A stretch of DNA of 64,000 nucleotides from Candidatus Nomurabacteria bacterium (lineage in GTDB: Bacteria; Patescibacteriota; Minisyncoccia; Phycocordibacterales; UBA918), in the NCBI GenBank assembly GCA_020632095.1, contig JACKGF010000001.1, positions 70,549 to 134,548 of the forward strand, read 5' to 3'. Below the pieces are notes generated by a model, which did not search any database, was not told the origin of the DNA, and saw nothing but the letters and a program-made list of their open reading frames with translations. Every line of letters begins with the position of its first letter. Position 1 is the first letter of the stretch. A program made the translations under genes and the position numbers. Shown here piece by piece: positions 39,701 to 51,700 of this stretch.

Positions 39701-42700
39701 GATTCGACTCCAGCTACTAGCGAGATTCTCTATCAGATTGAATATGAAGTAAGTGATGGTGTTTACGCTTTAATTCCTGATTCCCAAATTCCAGGAAACA
39801 GTACCGGTACAACAACCAGCCCGATTGATTTAACCAATGTTGATATCGATGCGTATCCGATTATTCGGGCGTTCGCTACTTTAACTTGTGGTGGGGGTAG
39901 CTGTCCGCAATTAGATGATTGGCAGTTGGAGTGGAGTGAGGGAGTGAATATGTCTGGTACCTTAAAAGAGTATGATCGGACGACAAACGTGGCGACTGGT
40001 ACGGTGAAGGTAGCGGTTAACGGTAGTCCGGTGGCAGGTACTGGTTCGGTGGTAGCTGGGGTATGGACATTTAATAATGTTACCGCTTTTAACGGTGATA
40101 TTATTAATGTTTGGGTTGATGGTGCAGCTGAGTCTGAGGAGGCAGTAGCGGCCTTTGTGTATGATGGTCTGGGTGATATTTCAGGAGTTGAGTTATTCGA
40201 ACAACATCTTTCTATTTCGTCTGATGAAGACGGGACGGTAACTAACGCTCTTCTGGCGCTTTATGATAATTCTGTTTCTGCGAATGAAGATATCTTTTAT
40301 GAAGTGGACGCCTCAAATAATCTAGTGGTTTGCGGGGTGGGGTCTTGTGCTGATGCTAATATTTACGTTGGTCCAGGGGACAAATACATAGCTTCAGCAG
40401 TGACAGCAGTGTCAGTGACGGCTCACGATTTGATAAACGATGGTTCGATTGAACTTGATACCAACACTTTTAATATTTCTGGTTCATGGGACAACAATGC
40501 TACTTCTTCAACTGATACTGCAACCATCAATATGACGGCGGCTACGGGGACTGAGAGTGTGAGTAGTACCGAAACGCCACTCAAATTCCATAATATGAGC
40601 TTTGGTAGTGGAGCCGGTGATGCTACTTTCACTATCCCAACCGATTTAGATCTTTCAGGTAACCTAACTGTAGCTAGTGGAACGCTAGATCGAGGTAGTT
40701 ATAAAATAAATCTAGCAGGCAGTCTTTTGACTGGGGCAGGTGGCTATTGGGTAGGGACAGCTACCACCACTTTTGACGGAGGAAGTGGAAAAACTTGGAC
40801 TGATAATAACCCTGTCAAACAAAATGTTGGTGACGTGGTGATTGATGGGGCCAGTGCTTTCGTTTCAGTTACGACAGATGTAGCCGCCTATGACGTTACA
40901 ATTGGTTACAATGATACTTTGGCAGGAGGTTCTGCTCATACAATATATGTAGCTGGTGATTGGACCAATAACGGAACTTTCAACGCAGGCACTAGTAGAG
41001 TTGAGATAGTTGTAGATGATAGGACATACCCACCTGTGGTACCTGGTTCAGCAGATTGGTACGCTGATAGTAATTTTGATAAGCGGTTAGCGGTGGTAGT
41101 GGACAGTAATGAAGTACCGGGTACTCTGACTGATTTTCCAATTTTTGTTGATTTATCAACTCTCGGTAATTCATTTTGGACTGACGTGGCTGGTAATGGA
41201 AAAGATATTAGAGTCACCAGTGATGATGGTCAAACCGAATTACCACATGATTTGGTGGCTATCGATAATACCGCTAAGACTGGTGAATTACACTTCTTGG
41301 CTGATAGTGTTAGTGGTTCTACTTCTACTACATTCTATATTTACTTTGATAATCCAAGTGCTACTGCTCCGTCAGCTGGTAGTCAGTACGGTTCAGAAGC
41401 TGTTTGGAAGGGTTATGAAGCAGTTTGGCACTTTAATGAAGTTCCGTCGCTCGGAGCGACGCTTCATGATGCTACTGGTAACGGTCGAAACTTGGTGGTT
41501 GATACCGAAGCTTTGGCTACTACTAGTGGTCAGATGGGAGTAGCGGTTGATTTAGCTGGTTCAACTGGTATTTTGACTGACGACGATTATTCTTGGACAG
41601 CTGGAGATAAGTTGGTTTCAAGTGGTTGGTACTATCAAGCGGCGGCCAGTACGGAAGCGTTGTGGTCATGGGGAACAAGTAATGATTACATCTTCATGCC
41701 TTGGTACAGTGGTACTACCGGTTACTTCCGTTTCGGTTCATCGGCTGGAGGAACTAACTATGTAATCTCGCCTCGTAACGGAACTATTTGGCACCACTTT
41801 AGTACCCTTGCTCCGACCAGTACAGGGGCTACTATGAATGTTTACGAGGATTCAATCTTGCGTGACACTACTCCACTGCAGGTTGATGATCCAACGGCTG
41901 GACCGTTGCAGATTGGTCGTTACCAAACAGCTGGTTCATTGGAGGGAAGTATTGATGAACTGCGTTTTTCTACCACTACCCAGTCAACAAATTGGGTGCA
42001 AGCAGAATATTCAAACCAAAAGCACCCAACCATATTTTATGCTACAACATCGGTTCAGACTTATGTGCCAGACTTAGTGATTGACGAGGCGACTCACGAT
42101 ATTCTAGCTGGGGGCTCTTCGTTCTATGATTTATACTTTAACGATGCTACTACTTCACCGGCTTTTGTTAGTACTTCAGCAGTAGTGTCTAATGACTTTA
42201 CTATTGCTAGCGGTACGGTGGCTTTGCCAACTGGAAAACTGACAATTGGCGGTTCTTTCCTAAATACCGGTTATTTCATGCATAATAATAGCGAAATAGA
42301 ATTTAATGGTGCTGGGGCTGAAACTATCACGCTAAGCGGAACTGATTTCTTTAATGTTTTGTATGACGTTACCTTTAGTGGAAGTGGATCATGGGTAATT
42401 ACTGATACAAACGCTACTACTAGTAATGACTTTATTATTAATAGCGGAACAGTTACTTTCCCAAGTGGGGTATTAAATATTGGCGGAACCCTTGATGTTA
42501 ATAGTGGAGGGTTTAATGCGAATGGCGGTACAGTTTACTTTACTTCAGCCGTTAATGAGTCAGTCGTTACTCTAGGTTCTTCGTTCAATAATGTAATATT
42601 TGGCTCTTCAGAGCCTGCTGAACAGTGGTATGACCAAGCTTGGAATTATCGTACCGCCATAGTGATTGCCTCATCCAGTGTTTATTCAACTCTGACTGAT

Positions 42701-45700
42701 TTTCCAGTTTATGTTGACTTGTCAACACTCGGAACTGATTTTTGGGATAATGTAACACTCGACGGTCGCGGGTTGAGAATGACACAAGGTGACGGAATAA
42801 CCGAAGTTCCGATTGACTTAGTGTCAATCAACGTGGGAGCCCAGACTGGCGAGCTACACTTCTTAGCTAACCAGTTATCATCAACTGCGGATACGACATT
42901 TTACCTATACCATAACAACTCAGATGCTTTAACGGCTGAGGCAGACAGTACTTATGGTTCACAGGCGGTATGGGCTGGCTACGCTGCTGTCTACCACTTC
43001 AATGACGACCCAACTTTAGGTGTGACTGATGAGTCTGGTCACGGTAAGGATTTGTCGCCGCTTGTTGGTACACCAGTGATATCAACGGGGAAGATAGGTA
43101 ATGCTCTCGACACAACTGGTAGTAGTATTTTGATGGGTGATTCAGATTGGACTTGGACAGCTGGAGAAGATTTAGTTTCTTCCGGTTGGTATTATCAGAC
43201 AGCGGTTGATGCGGGAGCTTTGTGGCAGTGGGGGGATGCTACTGGTAGCAATAATGATACTTGGTTGGCTTTCATGCCTTGGTATACTGGCACGACTGGT
43301 TACCACCGCTTTGGTGTAACGACTGGCGACACCTATTCTTTTGCTCGGACTGGAACTGAGTGGCACCATTTCACCACCAACGGTATGGCTACTCCAGGTC
43401 TAACTAATGAAATTTTTGAAGATGCCTTAGTGCGTGACACTCTAACTCAAACAGTAACAAATCCAACTAATACTGGATTAAAGGTGGGACGTTATCAAAC
43501 CGGTAATTACTATAATGCCTTAATTGATGAGTTGCGTTTTGCTACTACCTCAAGAAGTTACGAGTGGGTACAGACTGAGTATGCCAACCAAAGTGATGCT
43601 AGCTCGTTCTATACCAGTAATACTGAAACTTATCTCGAAGTGGTGCCGTCATTTACCTTAAACGAATCGGTGACCGATGTGGATGGTGATGTCACAATTC
43701 AGTATGCCAACCTAGTGTCTCCAAGTAGTAACTTTAAAATTGGGGGTTCCGCCTTGAACATATTTAGTTCATACGATCCAAATAACGCTACTACTACATT
43801 TGACAGTACTGATACTGGTGAAACTGTGCAGTTTGGAGTGGGAGCATTCTATAACCTGGCATTTGATGGAGTCGGTGGTGGTTGGACAATTGCGACTACT
43901 ACTGTGAATAATGACGCCTCGCTGCTAAATGGATATGACTTTACTCTCCAGTCGGGAACAGTCTTGTCTGTTGGCGGACGCTTTACTAATGACTTCAACG
44001 CTGCTTCAACTACTTGGGCTGGAACAACTCTTTCTTTGTCTGGCGGAGACTACACTGTTACTCATAGATTAGACTCTGGCGATGATTATGCAAAGGTGAT
44101 TGTTTCTGGTGATTCTGACATTGTTATCTGGAATTCTAGTATCAGTACTTCAAGTGTGCGAGATAACTCATCACTTTATTTGCCAGATTATGGTGGGTCA
44201 AATGGATTGTTGCGTATTTACGGTGAGTACACTCGTTCTAGTGGAACTGAATACTGGAGTTATGCAACTGATTTTGATGGTACTGATTTGACTGGCGGTG
44301 GTGAAAGACCGGTGACCGTTGAGATTGGTCGAGCGGCCGAGGTAACTATGGCCACTGGCACTACTTTATCTATTATTGGAGACTCGGCAGCGTCAACGAC
44401 AATTGATGCGATCACTGGTATTTACGACTTAACGGTCAATGCTGGTACTCTAGACGCTACTTATTTCACTGTCACTGGAGCTGGTCCAGAAGGTTTGCAT
44501 TTGACTAATGGAACAATTTTGAATCAGCTTAGTTCGGCTGAGTTTAATGTAGCAGGGGGTAGAAGTGGTATTACGGCTGATGCAGATACCATTAACGCCC
44601 AGCCTTCAACTGAATTTTCTTTGGTTAATTTTGCTACCTCATCATTTACCAGTATTTACGAACCAGCTTGGACTGAGCAAGTAGTAGTAACTATTCAGTC
44701 TTCAGTGGTGACCGAGGATTTAACTAACTATCCAGTTTATATCAACTTGGCTGACCTAGGTGACACTTTCTGGAGTAACGTTCAAAGTGACGGTCGTGAT
44801 ATTAGAGTGACTACCAATAAGGGTATTGAGTTGCCGATTGATTTGGTAGAAATTAACGCAGTAGCTAAAACTGGCGAGTTGCACTTCCTAGCTTCAAATA
44901 TTTCTTCTAACGAAAATACTGCCTTCTATATTCACTTCGGTAATCCATCTGCTACTGCTTATGCACAAAGTGACGAGTATGGAGCTAATGCAGTATGGAT
45001 TGGTTACGAAGCGGTTTATCACTTCAATGAAGACCCTACCGTCAGAATCACTGACGTATCTGGTAATGGTCGTGATCTGTTGCCGACTGTGGGTACAGCT
45101 GCAACTACCACTGGTCTTTTGGGTACAGCGATTGACACCACTGCTGGTAACGTCCGTTTGGAAAACACTGGTTGGACATGGACACCAGGTGAAGATTTAA
45201 TTTCAAGTGGGTTATATTTCCAGAGTGCTTTTGACACGGGAGCCTTGTGGCAGTTTGGTAGTGGAAATGGAACAAACAACGGCTCTTATCTAGCTTTTCT
45301 GCCGTGGTATGACAATGCTACTAGAGGCTATCATTACTTCGGTATCACAACGGGTGGTGATTATAACTTCGCTCGTAATAACACGATTTGGCATCACTTT
45401 ACTACCATTGGTCGAGCAGCTGATGGGGCCCTTAATGAATTCTATCAAGACAACATTTTGCGCGATACGGTTGCCCAAATAACTTCTTCTGCAAATCCAA
45501 CCAATACCGGGTTGCGAATCGGTGCTTATCAAACAACTACCTATATGGATATTGATATTGATGAACTACGGTTTGCTACCACTACTCGTTCAGCTGGTTG
45601 GATTGATACTCAATATCGCAACCTTACTAATCGTTCCACCTTCTACGCGACTAGTTCAGCTCAGACTACAACTTACAACGTAACTGCCGACGGAGTCCCA

Positions 45701-48700
45701 TCAACTTTCTGGCGTTTCTCAGGCGGAATCGGCGATCTGTATGGTGAAGCTTTTGACAATGATGATGGTGATCCAGGTTCTATTCAATGGGATGATAGTA
45801 ACTTCGCTATTTCAATTTCCGGTACAGTTTATAGTGATGATGGTGTAACTCCGGCTACCGCTCCACTCTGTAACAATTCAACCGAGGTTGTTACAGTGGT
45901 GCTTGATGGGGTCACTACCTATACTGCACCTTGTGATCCGCTGGACGGAACCTTTACAGTTAGTGGTATTTCTTATACTGGTGAGCCGCAAATCGTAACT
46001 TACATTAATAGTGAGGCAACTGCTTCACAAGTGAATGTTGGAATCTATGACGAAATTACTGGTAATGGAAATGTAACAAGTAACTTAATGACAGTGTCTC
46101 GACCAGCGGTAGTTGATGGTTCTGTCCTAGTACTCATTGCTGGTAAGGATGACGATATAAACTTCAACGCGCCACCAGCTGGCTGGGTAGCGGTAGATGT
46201 GCTTGGAAACACTACTGGTGACAATATTACTACTGGTATTTGGTACAAGGTGGTGGCAACTGCGGGTACTGAGCCAGCTACCTACGATTTTTCAGTGACT
46301 GACGCCGGGGAAGGTTTTAGTTATTGGATGGGAAGTTTGATTAATGTGGATACCAGTACTCCGATTGATGTAGCTAGTGTTTGGTCAAAACTGCAAAACC
46401 AGACTGACCCAGTGGCTCAGGGAATCAATACAGTCACCAATGGTGCTTTGGTATTGTCTGCTTGGTACTCATATATTGATACAGAAACTGTTGCCCCAAT
46501 CTACGACTGGTCAGCTAGAGCGGAAAATATTCTTGATTCTGCTAACAACAACCTTACTGTCGTATCGCGCTTAATGACGACTGCTGGTGATACAGGAAGT
46601 ACCTCGATTAGTGGCGTGATAAGTACACGTGAGACTCATGTTGGACAATTTGCTTTCCGACCGGCCAGCTCACCAACCGCCACTGGTACGATGGTAGCAG
46701 CAGCTGTCACCAAAACTCCGCTTGGAAGTACAGGAGCTCCGTATGAGACTGTTGAGTTACGAGACCAAAGAAATGGTTTTGGTACTGTTCTTAATGGTGC
46801 TAATATTGTGGTCAATCGGCCCGCCGTACAAAATGGTGACGTGATGTTTGCAATTATTGGTAAGGAAGATGATTTCAGTATTACACCACCTGCTGGTTGG
46901 GTGATTGGTGCGGATAGATTGGAAGCTACCGGTAATGATATGTATAGTGCCATCTGGTATCACGAAGTTACCAATGCTGGTAGTGAACCGGCTACTTACG
47001 ATTTCTTAAGCAATGATGACACGATCGAGGAATATTCTTATTGGGTGGGTTCTTTCTCTGGTGTCGATACTACTAATGTCTTTGATGTCACTCCAGCTTG
47101 GAGTAACTTACAAAATGATTCCTCACCAGCGGCTCCAACCTTAACTACTACCAAAGCCGGAGCTTACGTACTAGCGGCTTGGTATGTGATTGATGATGGG
47201 GCTATGGATATGCCAGCTGCACCATGGAAGACTTTGGCTCAGGACTTGCAAGTAGCCAATCGGCTACTTGCAGTGTCTGGTCGGCCAATGCCAACAGTGG
47301 GAGCTACGGGTGCCGCCGTATTGACTGGGGGAAGTGTCGATGACGTCAATGTTGGTCAATTTGCTATTCGTCCAGCGCCAGTATCAGTAGCCAGCAATAT
47401 TACCGATATGGATTTGTATCAAGATCGTGTGATTGTCCGACATGAGGATATTCTGCCGCTGACCATTGCTGACATGACTGTTTTTGATAATGGTGATGAT
47501 AGCGACTTACCGTTTACCGCTTCTACTGGGTCACCAGACTTACTAACAGTTCTTTCCGGTAGTGGTTTAGTAGTTTGGAATAATCGAACTTTTGACTCTG
47601 GTGGACAAGTTGTTTTGGCTGGTGCCGGAGCGACTAGTGCGGATGGTTCATTGTTGGTCAATCAATCAGGAATCTTTAAAGCTAATGGTTCGGACGGAGT
47701 TTCTATTGGAGGTTCACTGTATCTTGATACAAGCGGTAGTTTTGTTGGAGCAACTAGTAATGTTGATTTTACTGCTACTAATGCTGGTCAAACAATCGGT
47801 GCAGCTGGCAGTGCGACTATTACCTTCAACGATATCAGCTTCAGTGGTGTGGATGGAAATTGGGCTGTACAAACCCCAATTGTTTCGGAGACTGGTATTA
47901 ATGTTGCAACTGGTACGTTGTCTGGAACCAATAATATTACGGTCAATACGGGTTCATTTAAAGGAAATGGTACCGTAAATATGACTGGAGGAACTACCTT
48001 GGTTAAGCGCGCAAATACGTTTGGTGGTACGACTCCTTGGACTCTATATAACTTAACTCTTGGCGATGGAACACATAGCGAGATTACTACACCGGCTACA
48101 AACGCTACAACTACTGTTAGTAATGTATTAACAATTGCCACTTCACACTTCCTAAACGCTTATGGTTCAGTTTGGGACTTGCAAGGAAGCGGTAACCCAT
48201 TTGTCGAAAACGGAACATTTGTAGAAGCTACTAGTACGGTTCGTTATAGTGGAGCGACACCAAATATTAAGCGTACAGCCTACTATAACCTAGTAGTTGA
48301 TAACGACGGGGCCAGTACTGTTGTAGCAACTGCACCGACTACTGGTTTACAGGTACTTAAGAACTTCACGGTTGGAGCACTAGGAACATCAACTATTAAT
48401 GTCACAACCAATGATCCGACTTTTGGAGTGGGAGGCAAGGTATATATCGGAACAAAAGGAACTTTGATCGCAAGTAACTCACAAACATTAACCGCTCAAG
48501 GTGATTGGGAAAATGATGGAACCTTTACTTCTAGTGGTGGTACCGTTGCTTTCACCAAGTCTTCCGGTAGTGCGACTATCGCCGCTGGAAACTCTACGTT
48601 CGGTAATGTAAGTATCACCGGAACAGCCAACTATACAATTTCAGAAAATGCGACCACTACCGGTAGTCTAACTCTTAGTGCTGGTACCTTTACTTTGGCT

Positions 48701-51700
48701 AGTGGTCAGAGATTAGCGGTGGGTGGTAGTTTTTCTTCGACTATGTCAAATGTAAATACTACTTGGACTGGTACAACTTTGTATTTGTATAGTGGTACTT
48801 CATACACTATTAATGCCAAAACAAAATCTGAAACCTTTGAAAATATTATTACGGGAGATGGTACACATCCTAGAGTTTGGAATGCAACTACGACATCTGT
48901 AGTAACAGACGGAGCCAGTTCACTCTACTCGATGAATCATCAGGGAGTAGTTGGGTCACTTATGATCTATGGTGATTATGTTAACTCTTCATACAGTGAT
49001 TACTGGGATTACGCTAAGAACTTTGATGGAGTAGCTCTTGGTTCTTCAAGACAAGCAGTGGTGACAATTGAAAATGGTGGTTCAGTAAAATATCAAGGTG
49101 GTAGTTTGGAACTTGTTGGATCTACTACCGCATCTACTACAGTGGCGGTTGAAGGTGGCTCTGGTACCTATGACTTTACAATTGGCGGTACTACGGCAGT
49201 GAATATGAATTATTATCAATTCCGGAATACAACCATTGATGGTCTTGTCTTTACGGGTGCGCCTAGTGTCTCAGATATTTCTCACGGAGATTTTGAGGTG
49301 GCGATTGATGGTGGTTCTACTATGACGGTGGGAGGAGCCGTTATAACGGCTAATCCGGCCTTGAACTTCACTGGTATCAGAATGGCGACTACGACGGCTA
49401 TTAATGCTTATAACGTGACAGCGACTGGTACCAGTGCTAGTGCTTGGCGGTTTGTAAATGTGGTTGGAAACCTTGATGGTGAAGCAAAGGATAATGATCC
49501 AGGGGGAGATCCGGGTTATGTTACTTGGCAAGATTCAGCAGCGATTATTAATATTTCTGGCACGGTCTATAGTGATGAAGGGTCTAGTGTTTCAGCTGCT
49601 TGCGATGGTACTACCAATAACGTGATTTTGAGTGTTCACGGTCTATCAATTGCTTCAACCACTTGTAACGGTGATGGGTTAGGTGGAGGAACTGGTGACT
49701 ACTCTTTCGTTGGTGTTAATTTCGGCTTAGGAAATACCTTAACTGTTTACATCGGTGGTGAGACAGAAAAGGCAGCGACTGTGACAAAGGATCCGATTTC
49801 ATCTCTAAGTAATATGGACTTGTATGAAAATCGAGTGATTGTACGTCACGAAAGTGCAGCGGCTATGACTATTGCCGCGATGTCAGTGTGGGATAGTTCA
49901 GATGATGCTGATATTCCATTTACGGCTGTAAATGCGGGTACAGACACTCTAGACTTGCCAGCCGACTTTAAATTGTTGGTTTGGGATAGTAAGAAATTTA
50001 CTCCAGCTGGTAATGTAACTGTGCCAGGGGGTGGTTCTGGTAGTGCCTTTGATGGAACCATCGAACTTCAAGACAACGCTCTGTTCACTGCAGCCAATGG
50101 TGAAACACACACCTTTGGCGGAAGCTTCATTAGTGGCACTAATGCTGTCTTTAACGCTGCTCAGTCTTCCGTGACCTTCACCTCTGCGGTGGCTGGCCGA
50201 ACTATAAACATTAATAATGATGATTTCTACAATCTGACCTTCAATGGGGCTGGTGATTGGACAATAACTGACTCTCTAATAAATGTTGGGGGTAATCTTA
50301 CTATTACGGCTGGTGATATTGTGCTGCCGACTGGTGCAACAACTATTACTGGTTCGTTCAATAATAATGGCGGAACCTTTAATGCTAATGGCGGCTCTCT
50401 AGTCTTCAACTCCACAGCTTCAGGCAAGACTGTTAAGTTTGGTGGTTCTGACGCTAACACCGTTCGCTTTGCTGGTACTGCAGGTACTTGGACAATGTCT
50501 GACACAAATGCCACTGCTACAGACTCATTTACTGTAGCGACAGGAACAGTCACTTTGCCAACTGGCGTGCTGACGGTGGGAGATGATTTTGTGGTCAAAT
50601 CGGCTGTGACTCACGCTGGTGGTGAAGTTAAGGTAACTGGTACCGGAGGAGGAAATCTGGTCACTTTGGCGGCTAGTACGCTTGGGTCTTTGACTATTGA
50701 TGCAGGGGCTGGTGATTACACTCTGACTGATGCTTCTGCTGCTTTGACTAAAAATCTAACAATTCAAAGTGGTAGCTTTACAGTCGGGACAGGCACTCTT
50801 TCTGTTGGAGGTTCATTCGATGCTTCAGCTGGAACCTTTACGCAAACTGCTGGAACGGTGTTGTTTAACTCAAGTGATACAGGAGAGATTATCAATGCGG
50901 GTGCCAACATCTTCTATAACCTAGTACTGGCTGGAGCTGGTGGTGGCTGGACGATTGTTGAAAATGCTACCACTACTAATAACTTTACTCTGAGTCTCGG
51001 TTCATCCTTTACCTTAAGTTCCGGAAAAATATTAAGCATCGGTGGAGTATTTACCAATACTCTTGGTGGCTCTGCCACCAACTGGACTGGTTCAACTTTG
51101 GCACTACGCAGTGGTACTGAGTATGAAACAAATGTTAAAACTACACCGGTTGAGTATTACGACACCTTGATCCTTGATCCTAATACTGATATCAGTAGTT
51201 GGAATTCAGTAGCGACCACGACAGTTATACCAAGTACTTCATCATGGTACTCACAAGATCATGGCAGTGTTGATGGAAGTCTTTATGTTTACGGTGATTA
51301 CCATATTGCTACCACCACTGAGTACTGGAGTCGAGCGACTGATTTTGATGGGGTGGCGCTTGGTTCACCACGAGCTGTATCAGTAAAAATTGCAGATGGT
51401 TCGGTTATTACGGTAGAGGGTGGAGGACTGAGAATAATCGGTACAGCCGCTGCGACTTCAACCGTCGCCAATCAAGGTTCTGGTGACTACACCTTCAAGG
51501 TTAAGGGCGGAATATTCAATGCTAGTTATTATTCATTTAGAAATCTTGATATTGACGGTCTAAGGCTAAGTGGTGCACCAACTATTACCTCTTTAAGTAA
51601 TGGAGACTTTGCTCAGGCTGAAAATTCATCAAAATTAATCACTGCCTCATCAACTGTTATTAATGCCAATGCTTCTCTGGTCATAACTGATACATCTTTT